This document shows positions 13,082 to 25,695 of a DNA stretch of 64,000 bases, piece by piece (the stretch's first letter is position 1; every line of letters starts with the position of its first letter). The stretch comes from Paraspadella gotoi (lineage: Eukaryota > Animalia > Chaetognatha). The position numbers and the translations under genes were made by a program. Under the pieces are notes generated by a model. The model did not search any database. It was not told the origin of the DNA and saw only the letters and a program-made list of their open reading frames with translations. The stretch is taken from positions 9,312,718 to 9,376,717 of the forward strand of contig CM119268.1 of the NCBI GenBank assembly GCA_051294375.1. Direction: 5' to 3'.

Positions 13082-14476
13082 ATGATTTCGGGAACCAGTA
13101 AAAAAGGCTACGGCCTGTTTGTTCCTAAGTCGAATACATCGCTGCCTTTGAGAACGAAAGCTTCGGCGGCTTTCTCTCAAAATGACTCGGATTCGGATGG
13201 AAATGACGACGGCGGAGATAAGAAACGCAGCGCCATTTTCGGAACTCGGAAGTCGGAGTTCGAGGCAAAATTGAAGAAGCAGCAGGAGATCGAGATCGAG
13301 AAAGCTATTTCCGAAGACCCCACAGTTTTCGAGTACGACTCAATCTATGACGACTTGGATCCTCTAAAGGTTTTCATATATGAAATAGGATAGCTGTTAA
13401 AAATTTCGTAATAATTTTTTAATGAAATAGGATAGCTGTTAAAAATTTCGTAATATTTTTTAATAAAAAGTCGTGATAGTGTCTCCTTTGTGTTTGTCAC
13501 TTTACCTACGCGAATTCAGAAGGAGCGCGACCCTAAGACCCGTCGCCAGCGAGAAGGTCTCGACCGAAAGCCAAAGTACATTGAAGGCCTCTTAGCAGCC
13601 GCAGAAAAAAGGAAGAAGGACAACGAGAGACGCGTCGAGCGAAAGGTCCACGCGGAGCGCAACGCCGAGGGCGACGAGTTCGCCGACAAGGAACAGTTCG
13701 TCACTTCCGCCTACAAAAAGAAGATGCAAGAGTTGGCCGAACTGGAACACGAAGAGCGGTTGCAGGAGGCCAAGGAAGCCGCCGAAGACGTGACTAAACG
13801 GAGTGACCTCACGGGTTTTTATCGCCATATGCTGGAGAAGCGGGTCGAGGCGAGAACCGGCGCTAACGTCGCCGTCAAAGTAGAACCAGTTGACAGAGTG
13901 GATTCGCTCGAGGAGGCAAAGATACGCGGCAATGCGGAGAGTACCGATCACGATGATGACGACGTACCTCCGGCGAAGATGGCACGGATTGGGCCGAATA
14001 ATGATGTTGTTCGTCCCCGATCATTGTCTTCGTCTTCATCTCAAAATAACTCTGAACTTCAGTTGTCGGTAATGGATCGGAGAGGAGCTGAGAGGCGAGA
14101 GAGGGCGAGACTCGATTCGTCGTCTTCCGAGGAGGAAGAGGATGAGAACGAGGAGAACCACGAAAAGGAGAGAGAGAAAAATAAAGAACTGAAAAATACT
14201 GATACAAATGGGCAATCGGATTCGGACGAAGATGCAAACTCCGATTCTCATGACTTTGACGTTAAAAGAAAAACGACAACAAAGGAAAAGAAATCAATTA
14301 TCGGGGAGGTTAGTCAAGACGTAAAACCGGAATCCGCGACGAAAATGTCTCTTGAAAAGAAATACGCCAAACGGACGGTTGGTGCTGTTTTTGATGCTGC
14401 CCAAAAAGCTTATTTGGAGAGAAAATTACAGAGACTCAGATCCGGTTACTCTGTAATCGATAAAAATGAAGATTGA
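13082..14476 (+). CDS. NSRP1: Nuclear speckle splicing regulatory protein 1 (CCDC55)
   Basis: KKGYGL N-terminus, AISEDPTVFEYDSIYDDL, KPKYIEGLL and GDEFADKEQFVTSAYKKK motifs; one intron ~13370-13519. Confidence 0.9.
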
Positions 14477-14843
14477 GAGTTACCGTCTGTTTGATCTAAT
14501 AACATTTGAATTTTTGTCCCAGTGTCTTTCTTTTTTCTTTTTTTTTTTTTTTTTTTTTTTTTTGCTTTATAATTTTCGAAACCTTATTAATAAATTACAT
14601 ATTTTAACATTTAGGTTAATGATTAGAGAATCCTTAGTGTTGTCTTAATTGCTCACAAACGCAATTTACTCACTATGAAAATATCACAAGAAAAGATCTC
14701 TTATACCAAGTTATTTATAACTTTACTTAATTTATATTCAATACCAAAAAGAACAATCTTTTTGGGGGTCAATAATTGTCGACATGATCTCCTTTGTTAA
14801 ATCTTGAGCGCAGCCTCGTTTTGAGGCTAAATTATCGGTTATT

Positions 14844-17800
14844 ATGGCAACACATGGCACAGCGTTGGCGTCGGGAGTCCCTTCGGCGTCCTTTCGGGTC
14901 CCGGACATGAGCCCATTGTTAACTTACGGAACTGTCCCGTCTTTGGAAAATTTCGATTTTTTTTTGGGCGAACTCGATCGACTGTTAGAGGAAAATTCGC
15001 GCAAACTTGATACAACAGTCACAGATATTCTCCGTATCACGAACGAAGTGAGTTTTTGTTAAGTGCTCGTTTCCTTGGTAAATTTGTAAAGCTTACTTCT
15101 CTCCTGTTAGTTGCCAAACATGACTCGTTTCGGTTCCCCCACGGAATCTTTGGATCACATGTTGAGCAGTCGCGCTCTCGATCACGCCGGATGCAATCCT
15201 CGACCTTCGGATGTCTGCCAATTTTTGAAAAAGATTCTTAAGCTCCTTGAGAAATATCAAGGTTAGTTTACTTTATGTATGAATTTTTCATTATTTCAAT
15301 AGTTTCATACATTCTGTCCTTTTACAATCAATTTGATTCACCAGGCTGCGAAGACTCTCTGTTGCAAAGTGTCCTCAAAATGGCTGCCGCCGAGGGTCTT
15401 ACGTTGCCACTCAAGGCGTCGTCCGGGCCCGAGACAGGAGGATTGCTCAGTCAAGTTCCGCCCGATGACTCCTCGTTCACCTCAGAAAGGTAAATGTAAA
15501 TAAATAAATAATAAATTAATAATAATTGAATAATGAATACATAAATAAATTCAATTAATTCGAGCTTGAAAAAAAATGTCGTTCAATGTTTTCTACTTCA
15601 GTACTTTTCAATCAACGAAACATTCGTACGCAAAAGAGCAAATGACTTGTGACGGATTGTGGAATGAGGTTTCTTCGCGTTTTCGGTAGGAAAAGTTCTG
15701 TATTTGATGGGATGTATACATATATATTATATAGTATATACACATTCGTCGCGTTGATATACAAAATTCTTGCTTATCAGCCGATTTTACGTGGATCGTC
15801 TCCAATTGGGAATGTTGCAACAACCAACTGGCTTCAAGTCTTTGGGGCTTCGGTCGACGCCTGAAATTATCGTTTACGACGACCTAAGATTGCATTCGCT
15901 TCAGTCCCTCAGCGCTCTTTATCCCACCCACGACGTGTGGACCAAATACTGCAGCATCCGACGACAACACCTGAGACGCGTCATATCTGATCAACTATTT
16001 GTCGATCACACCAACACCCCGTCGCCGCCTACGGCTTTAGCTCAACAAAATTCTTCCTCTTCTAACTCTTCCGGTCAGAATGTTCAAAACAATCCCAACG
16101 CTTGTAGCAACAGAAAATCGTCACGAATACTGGCGCGATTCGAATCGGGAGACAGCGGCGATTCTAACGCCGCCTCTGTTACTATTATAGGTTCCGCCCC
16201 CCTCGTTGCTGGTGGCTCCACTGATAGAGGTCCGACATTTCCGGACCTTGTCGGATTAGGCCAGCAGTTCGAGGAAACTCTGTCCACTCTTTGTGGTCTG
16301 GCTCACGAGGACGTTCAAATGATATCGTCCTCGGGAATTTTTCGCAGTGTGTTACCCGATTTTGCCGCTGTGGACGCATTATACTTTGAAGCGGTGTGCG
16401 ACTGCGTCAAGGAGGTGGTTGATAAAATCGTCAGCACTCGCGAAAAGGTCGCCGTGGAGCACAAGGATCTCCTTAAGTCTCGCTCCGATTGGGGCATCTT
16501 GGTATCCCTTCGAAACAGTCTGAGGAGAGGTTATGGAGATCATTCGCGTAGTATGGACAGTCTGGTCATGGCATTCGTGACAGCTGGCCGACAAAACGGA
16601 GAAGTCGCGGCAACTCTTTCCGGCGCTGATTGCGACGCCGACGAAGCTACACCTTTGGCGCAGTCATTTGTAAACGGCAACGATCCTACCAAAGCTTCTG
16701 ATCCTTTGCCTCCGATCGACGCTTCTTTGTCTCACCTTCTTTTGGGGCCAGTGTTACGAATCGTTTCGTCCTTATTAGCTTTTGAGGCGCACCTGGACAG
16801 ACTTTTTCTCGAGTCGGTGGGTGAATTTCAAACGGGTACTCCCGGAAGAACAGGGCCAGCCACCTTAGGTTTAGCAAGGGGCGCCAATACTAAACCAAAA
16901 GGAGTTTTAAAACCCGTTCAAAGTCGCGCTAATCTTGGCTCGGAAACTCGTATGGAGGAAGATGACGAAGATGATGATGATGATGATATCGAATCGGCGC
17001 TTGACCGTCTCGAACATCCCGACGACGCGTCTACTCCTCTCGGCGATTCGACGCTAAACACAACGACGACTTCCAACGGCAATTTACTTTATGATTTTTC
17101 CAATTCCACGGTAGAGGCGGATTCCAGCTTGGAGGACTATTTTCAACTCAATGTTCTGCCGACGCTAAAAGTTAAGTCACAGAAGGGTACAATAGGTCAA
17201 AAATCATTCTCAGCGACTACGGGTTGTAAAAACTTGCCCGGCGGCGCTACCATTGTCAGAAACTCTCTAATGGACGTACGTCCCGTCCTAGAATGGCGAC
17301 CCGTTTTCAGTCGTCTGGTTCCTGACTTAACTTGGAGCGTCGAACATTTGCTCAAGGAAGGTTTCCTGCAGGTAAAATGATTCAATGAAAGCTCGAGTTT
17401 CACCGACCAGGGTTAGGGGGGTGTTTTGAACTAAGTTCGGAGAGGTGGCTGTCCTTGACAACTAACTTTCTGAGCTAATTTTGCGCTATCAAGACGAGAG
17501 GAATTCGTAGATAAATAGGGCAGAAGAGACGATGGCGCCGGTCAAAACGCTCATGAAATGAGGACGACAATATCTCGGCCAAGAGTTGAAGCCCAGGACT
17601 TGACGAAAATAAGTTCGTAAAAGAGGGATGGTGATGTTAGAAGTCCTGGGCAAATGATAACAAAACATTTAATACAAACTCAGCAAATATATATAAAGTT
17701 TAAAGGGTCTTTCTTACTTGTTTCTGAAGCCAAAATAGTAACAAAAGTTGTTTCTCTCACAAAAAAAGTTCACCAATCCAGCGATCACAAATAGTTTTTT

Positions 17801-20800
17801 ATTAAAAACCATTCGGAGATATCTAAACAGTAAAAAGTGAAACTGGACAGATTTGATAGTCCACGTCGATAAATCGTAATTAGAATTTATCGAAATCCGA
17901 TGAACCAATCAGAATCCTCCATGCACCGCCTCGGAATCTGTACTGAGGTCTATACTAAAATGCATAATCATAACTAAAGATGTCGCTTTGATCACTGAAA
18001 AGTTGGCAATTTCTTGCGTCAGTAAAAAAGAACAAAAGAGCATCGCGAAAAAATGAGAATTTAATTTTAAGGTTAATAGTAGTTTAGGGGTGGTTTAGGG
18101 TCATTAGATATTAATTTTATTAATATTTTTAAATGGTTTTTCAAAAGACCCCCAAAACCCCGGTCGGCGAAATTAAAATTTTGTCGAAAGTGAGGGACCA
18201 ACATGAATTCTTTTGTCAGATGTTAGACCTGGAAGAAGAAGCTTATGAAGACGCATGCGCCGGGTCCGGCGGCGCTAGCTCCACGTTCCAAATGAGTCGC
18301 GTTTGTGCGGATTTTCTGGGGCTCAGTGCCAGCGCCGTCGGTGCCGCTCCGGTTGCCGATGGGGAAAACGATCAAATTTTCGAAAAATCTTTTTCCTCAG
18401 AGGTGAGAAAGGAATGCAAAACAAATTTCTTTGACTTTGCTAATATATCTAGTGATTAATTATAGGCGATGGATTATCCCAAAAACGTTTCTCAAAATAT
18501 CGCAGCGGTGATCGAGATCGCGGATCGTCTCTTGCCGTTGGCTCAAGCAGGCATAGAAGGCAGCGTTTTTCAGGCGATTCGATCTTCTTTCGCCGACGCC
18601 CTATCTGCTAACGTCTCCCGGCTCGTTCTTTGGTTACGAGCATTGGTTAAGGACTGGCCAGAAAAATGTCCAACTCGATGCGTCTTGCAGATTTATGGAA
18701 GTGCTGCTGTCATTAGGAACCACTTGTTTCACTACGATTCTGTTTTGTCTTCGTCGTCGTCGTCGCAACAGAAATTAACTTTCGCGACGACCGTCAAAAC
18801 TGTATCGGATTTCCTGCGAGATCTAGAAGATTACTTGATTCAAGGGTTAACCAATCAGATTACCACCTGTGTGCTAATGGACGTCGAGGGCCAAAACTGG
18901 CAGGATACAAAGGCCTTTTTTGAGGGAGATCGTTGTTCGTACGCCATGCAAATGTGGTTGATTTATCTTCGCGCACTTTCTACCGATTTGTGGAACTTTT
19001 GCCCGGCACCTTTCGCGCGCCGGGTGCTCGCCTATGTTCTGGATTCTAGTGTCTCTACTATAGCTCAACGTTATGCCAGAGTGCAACCCTCCTTTCAACG
19101 ACTTTCTCAGTTTCGGAAGGACCTAACCGTGGTGCTGGCAACTCTTACAGAGTTTCTATCTTACGTCTCACCGACATCGACGGCCTACTTGAGCCCGATG
19201 TATTCGCATCATTGTAATCATCTCTCGGCCATTCACGACCGCGCTTCAGTGATTTTAGCTGAGCTCGTCGTTGTTTCTTGTCCGCTTGTCGATATTTATA
19301 AGGTCTTCAAAAGAGGTTTTCGCCGAAATGCTGGCTCTAAGTCAACATTGAACAAGATGGGTACCTCTGTAGCTACCAACTCTCAGCAAGAACAGTGCAA
19401 ATTTAATAAGTGCAAGGCCCATCAAGTACAGTGGATAGCATTATTACGACCCGAACTTCTTAGTCCTGTTTCGACGAATTTGTCGGCTTCCCCTGAATTC
19501 GCCATTCGTTGTTATGGAGATCTTCAAACCGCTTCTGCCGTTAACCTTCATCTAAAACTATTGGCGGCACAACCGTCCCCTTCGTGGCCAATGGTTGTGC
19601 ACGCGCTTATTTTAAAAGACTACACTTTGACAATTATGCTATTGACACAACCTGAATTAGGCGTGGAGTCGCCCAGCCTCCAATCGCATTCAAAGATAGT
19701 GGACCCAAAAAAAAAAATTCAATCCGGTTGCGGAGGAGTATTCTGTTGCGGAGAACTATACTCGAGTGATTCATTGATGTCGATGGAAACTCTCTGTTCA
19801 GCGACGACGCCATTTGTTCGTTCGATGGACTCCAATCCCTGTCACTCTTTTTTTCACGTTCTAAATCAACACTCTCCGCACGATCTTGAGGTTTTCGCCA
19901 AAGTTTTGATACCTGTGATTAACAACTCTAATACGTGGTACGTTTTTGATGCTAAAGCGATTCCCGGCCGAAGTTTCACCATTCCGAACTGGCTCGACGC
20001 TCTGTACTATCTTCTCCGTCCCCTCGTGACTGCTATTGTGGCCCCTTCATTGCGCGCGGTTCTCAATGGCCAGTCATCTTCCGCATTAACGATGAACTCA
20101 CGTGGCAAACAAGGTGTTGTCGGTGGCGTTCCTTTGCCATCTGACGTGGACATGGCGACTCTATGTTCAACGCTTACTGATTTGCCGTGCGGGTGTAAGC
20201 CCGCCTTTCATGAAACTGCCAAAGCAAAACACAATTTGCCACAACAGAAAACATCGGCCGATAACTTAATCCAACGTTGTTTGCAACTTCTTGCTGACAT
20301 TGTTGCCAACGTCTCACTCCTACTTCCTGCCCCCCTGGCGGTTTTCTGCCTAACTGCTCAAAAGGAGCTAAGCAAGCAAAGACAAAATGCTTTCAATAAC
20401 GGTAATCGTCAACTTGGAAGCTCACTTCCTAATCCTTCGCATGGATCTGTCGGTCTTCAGCTTCTAGCCAGCGCTGTTTTTAAGCATCTTTGTGATTCTA
20501 CATACTTAGAACAAGTTACGAATGTGGAAATTCGTCCTGTCTCCCGCGATTTACTTCGAGTCGTCGCTGATGCATTTTTTCATTCGCTAACCGCTGACCA
20601 CGAAGCAGTGAGCAGCAGTGCCTCTACTGCAGAAGTTGTCTCCAAACAAAAAAATATACCCAAATCAACTGCTGTTTTTCTCAAGGCCAATTGGGACTGG
20701 TTCCCTTCTAGAATTGAAACAGTCATCTCTAATGTGGAGCAAATTGCTTCTGCTCCGGTATTTGATCTCGATCCTCCTTCCATCTTTCCTGTCGCGTCGC

Positions 20801-21291
20801 TTGAGCTTTTTGACGAAGCGTTTTGCGAAGCATTAGCTTTTCAGATCCGCGAGTCTGGACAAGGAAGATTTGCTCTGAGACAGGTTTTCAACTTGTTATA
20901 CTCGAATCGATCGTGGGTTTCCAGTAAACTGGATGGTACTCCCTTAATGTCAAGTTGTCCTCTTTTTCATGTTCCGAGGGATACAGTACCTTCTATAGAT
21001 GTATCTACAACCTTGGATTATTTTCTTGAAGCGCCAGATTTTAATCCTTACCGAGACTTCGATGTTTTGCCGGGAAGCTCCGTTGGTGTAAATGATGAAC
21101 AGGTTTTTAATTATTCTTTTGATTTTCCAAAACTTCTTCACTCAAATTTAGGTTTAACAGAAACAGGGTTTCGTCATTTGCTACATAATAGACCTGACAT
21201 GCAAGATGGTGCTGTTCTAAGTGAAAATGAGAAAAAGCAAGTCAGCGTTCTTAAAGCGACTCTTGAGATGGAACCTTCTGAGGCCATTTAA
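14844..21291 (+). CDS. KIAA0825: KIAA0825-like protein (multi-exon)
   Basis: Long + ORFs 15770-17380 and 18469-21291 plus small upstream exons; QNWQDTKAFFEGDRCSYAMQMW resembles the conserved KIAA0825 block as recalled. Confidence 0.7.
17398..18172. mobile_element. Degenerate TIR-bounded insert in a KIAA0825 intron
   Basis: TTTCACCGACCAGGGTTAGGGGGGTGTTTTGAA (17398-17430) is an imperfect inverted copy of 18140-18172; no TSD recognised. Confidence 0.4.
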
Positions 21292-23121
21292 ATTGTACAC
21301 ACGTTTTAAGTTATAGGTTATAAGTTATAGGTAATACTGTTAATAGTCATAAGTCTAAAATACCTCTAAAATTGCCTACATAATATGTTAATTACTGTCA
21401 CGGGCAGCAGTGGGTTAACTGATTCACTTTCCCATATTCACGATTCTGTAATAATTTATCAGGAGAGAACAATGCGGCATGAACCACAACTATAAAGTAC
21501 TCAACTCGTCTGATGTAACTCAAAATAGATATAGGGGGAAAAAGGGAAATGACCAATTAAATATTTTATTTATCAATAACTTATTGATAAATTTGTCATT
21601 AAATAAACATTTCATTCATGAGTATTTCCACTAAAATTTATAAGCGTTTCCAAAAGAGTTTCTTCCTGACATCAGCCTCACAATTAAAAATTTTCATTTA
21701 GATATTTGTAAATAAAACTCGTTGGTAAACAAAACATTTTGTTTTCTCTATACTTTTCTAACGGAAATATTTCATTTGTTTTAGAATTTTCTTCAGCGCA
21801 ATGTGTTGAAGGAGAACAGGAAAAAGAGTCGAAACATGTCTGTTTCTTAGTAATACAAACTTTTTTCTCTCTAAACATTCCGATATGAAACAATGAAAAA
21901 CAGCGTAGTGTAACGTTTGTAAAACGTTGGTTTTATATGTTTGTATCGAAAAAAACCGTTGTCGTTATCTGAGAAATTCTTTACAGATGTTACTGTAGGG
22001 ATTGATACGGCATTGATTAATTAGTGATTGATACGCCATTGATTGGTTTGGGATTTCTTATGTTATATTATATTTCTTATGTTTTTTATGTTTCATTACT
22101 GTAATCAAGAAGATATTTAGAATGGTCTTTTTTTAGCTAATTTAAAATTTTATGCAAACAATTTCAACTGAGAATAGTAATTAAATAAAACACAAAATGA
22201 AACTTAAACAATAAAACGTCCAGTTGTTATTTAACTAAATAAATAATTATAAATTATCTTTATTAGATATTTAAGGGGTAGTAAATATTTTTTGTTGTTG
22301 CTACATTGTTTCATCTTTTTTTCTCATTTTTTCATCTATTTATCTTCTTTGTTGATAGTCAAGGTCATATACAATGTCTAGTAAAGGAAAACGTACGCAT
22401 GAGTTATGAGTAATTGGGTCAGGAACAAAATTAGGAGAACGTCTCGCCACGTTATTTTTCATTGTCATATTTAAGAAGTACCACCAGAATTTTTTTAAAA
22501 CTTAAACCTGAAGTGACCGAGATGAGAGAGGGTCGCCATGCCTCACTGTGAGTGTGCATAGCCCCCACTCTTAGTGTGCCCAGTGGGTCTGGGAGATTTT
22601 TCCTTCAGTTGCCTTGCTTTCCGGAACTTCTGAACACTCTTTTTGTAAGGACTGTTCCGACCATGGCTAGAACCCGTGACCATTGGGTTCGGAGATGAAG
22701 CATTAGCCCAGTGCACTATTACGGCGCTGATGGAAGGAACTCTCATATCCAACGGGTAGTGATATTACAGACCGCTGACCAACTGATCTCCAAAATCTCT
22801 TTCAAACCTGAAGACATTCTTACCATTTTAAACCCAGTTGTTTTTACCTATAATATCAGTGATTTTGATTAATGGTGTCAAATTTAGCCAAGTTAATTTT
22901 GTGGTCTTGTTTGAGGAACCTTCCAAAGTTCGAGCACATGTAGTTTAAAACCAAATTATTCCTTGTTTGTACAATCACGTGCAAAAAAACTAGCCACTTT
23001 ATTTTAACCCTTAAAAATATCTTTGTAATTTTTAAATTTTTTTTTAAATTTTAAAAATTAAAATTTATTAAAAGATAAATTTTATTAAAATCGAGCTATT
23101 TATTTAGGAGCAATGATTTTT

Positions 23122-24600
23122 ATCACGCCAGACGGGCGAAAGCACTACTTGGGTGAGATTTTAATTTGTTTCTGCTTCTTTGATCGTCGTCGTCGTCACA
23201 ATGTTTTACTATTGGAAATATCTCGTGTGTAACCAGGTAGTTAAAAATTTATATATAGCTTCTAATTAGTAAAATCTTTTAGATTCACATTTTTTATATT
23301 TCTACACTCATTTGTTTTTTTTATTTATAAAATAATTTTTATATATTTAAACGATTCAGCTCTGCAGCGGCTTTCCAGTGGCTGTCCAGTAAGGCGTAGT
23401 GAAAGTTATATACGAAAATTCTAAAAGTCAATTATGAACAACATACTATCAGTGAACATTAATTTGTAAAAAAAATTAATTTTATGTTTTTTAATTTTCG
23501 CAGTAGGCTATATTTATATATAGTACTATCCTTATAAAATCAAAAAAATTCAAAATAAGCTTTTCTTAATTTTGATTGCAGATTTGAATTCCTCGTCAAA
23601 AGTTGATAAAAGAAAATATAAATTATTTTTTAAAATTCTTTCATTAAGTGGGTTAAAAATTAAAAAAACTAAATTTAATATATAAAAAGTTAATTTTCAG
23701 CTTAAAATATAGCTTTTTTAAATTTTGACCCACTTAATGAAGGAATTTTTCAAAAAAAGTTTTATTTCTTTGTCAACTTTTTATGACGAATCAAAATCTG
23801 CAAAAAAATCTTAGAAAAAACTGATTTTAATATTTATTGGTTTAGTACTAGTATAAATATGGCCTACTGCGTAAATTGTAAAATTTATTATAATTTTTTT
23901 ATTATATAAATGTTCATTAATATAATATTATTCATTCCTCACTTTTAGAATTTTAATTAAAGTTAAATTTAAAAATTTTACTACGCCTTACTGTCCAGTT
24001 TCTCTCTATTTCTCTCTTTTAATTATATGTCGCTCTTTTTTTTTTCTGATTCATTTAAAAACGAGTTCGTTCTGCAGCATTTGTCCAGCGGCTATACAGC
24101 TTCTTTCTTTTTTCTTTCTCTTTTTTTTTCTTTTTCTTTTTTTTTACTCATACATATATTTTTGTTTTATTTACGATAAATATGATCAATAAATGATTAT
24201 TATCGCATCAATATTTGGTTATCATCGTATCAATATTTGGTTATCATTATATCAATATTTGGTTATCATAACATTAATATTTGGTTATTATTGTATCAAT
24301 AATCAATTATTATTATATTAATCAATAAATTATTATTACATCAATCAATTATTATTATATCAATCAATCAATTACTATTGATTCAATCAATCAGTTATTA
24401 TTGCATCAATCAATTAATTATTATTGCATCAATCTAGTACTATTGCATCAATCAATCAATTACTATTGCATCAATCAATTACTATTATATCAATAATTCG
24501 TTATCATATCAATCATTCTTTTTTTTTTCTTTTTTTTCAGATTTTTTTATTCATTTTCTTTGATAGTAACATCTGGCGAGATCACTATACTTAGATTTTT
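23122..24600 (+). mobile_element. Helentron/DINE-1-like element (family H1, copy 2)
   Basis: 5' ATCACGCCAGACG...(GTC)n and 3' GATAGTAACATCTGGCGAGATCACTATACTT match the 7821-9125 copy; internal tandem array at 24190-24510. Confidence 0.72.
23390..23990. mobile_element. hAT-type MITE (family B, copy 1) nested in H1
   Basis: TIRs TAAGGCGTAGT...ACTACGCCTTA with long imperfect internal inverted symmetry; 8-bp TSD CTGTCCAG (23382-23389 and 23991-23998); H1 copy 1 shows the empty site near 8620. Confidence 0.85.
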
Positions 24601-24899
24601 TAAATTAACTTCCACAGCAAATCTAAACATTAAAAAATTGGCTTATTTAAAATTAAACTTCTTTTTTCTGATATTTTGTATTTTTTATTATAATTAAAAA
24701 AATTTAAAAATTACAAGGGACATCCAGAAGGAGAGTTGGATAACTGGAATGACCCAATTTCTTAAAAAATAATTTAAAGATTATTAAAAAATTAGATAAA
24801 TGATAGGTCAATGATTCTGAAGCTTTTGAATAATATTAGATTTCCTTTTTTGATTTGGAACACATACGTTTAAAAAATCATATCTTTTAAACTACTTAA

Positions 24900-25515
24900 T
24901 AAGGCGGGCCAAAATTGAACACTTTTTATAACTTTTAATTCTCTCAAAAAAATTCCTTTTTTCCTTCTATTACTAAATCGATTTTCAATGCAACTTTTTG
25001 AATTAGTTCATTGGGTTGTTGCACTGAAGATTTTAAATATTTATTAATATATAACAAATGACAAAATTTTTTTTAAAAAAAATTAGTTTTTAAGAACGGA
25101 TTCCTATAGAGCTTGAAAAGTTAAATTAAAGTTAGTACTACAATTTTTTAAAATTTTGACAAAAAATTGGTTAAAAACAGAAAAAACGTTAAAAAATCAT
25201 CATCATCATCATCATTGGCTGAATTTTATAGTTTTTTAAAATTTTTATCAATAAAACAAAAAAAAAAAAAAAAATTGTATTAATAACCTTTATCTAACTT
25301 TTAAAGCTCTATCAGAATCCATTAAAAAAATTGAAAAATTCAAAAAAAAATTTTAACTATATATAGTAATAAAATAATCTTTAAATGCTTCCGTGCGCTT
25401 ATTAATAAGATATTTTTTTTAAATTATTTTTATTTTCATATTCTCTAACAGTCGCTTTATCATTATTTTTTTGAGAGAACAAATAGTTTTCAACCTGTAC
25501 CGGCCTACTACTTAA
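24900..25515. repeat. Degenerate foldback/MITE-like inverted repeat
   Basis: GGATTCCTATAGAGCTTGAAAAGTTA (~25098) is inverted at ~25295-25320; outer arms TTCTCTCAAAAAAA and TTTTTTGAGAGAA. Confidence 0.4.
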
Positions 25516-25695
25516 CCTATTGTAAAAAAATTTATATACATTGATTCGTTTTTTTAATAAATAAATTTGTTATGGAGCGTCCAGTATTAAAGGTATAAAG
25601 TGGCGCTTTTTTAATTTTTTTTTAAATTTTTTTTTTCACATGAGTTTATTTACGTGAAAACCTTTTTTTTTCAGTTAATTTATAACGGATTTTCA

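Noticed and set aside
13380-13455. 34-bp direct duplication in the NSRP1 intron
   Set aside because: Simple local tandem duplication with no further structure.
22360-22990. Moderately GC-rich segment with splice-like signals on the - strand and a 69-aa ORF
   Set aside because: No stop-free spliced frame or recognisable motif could be built; possibly a decayed gene fragment.
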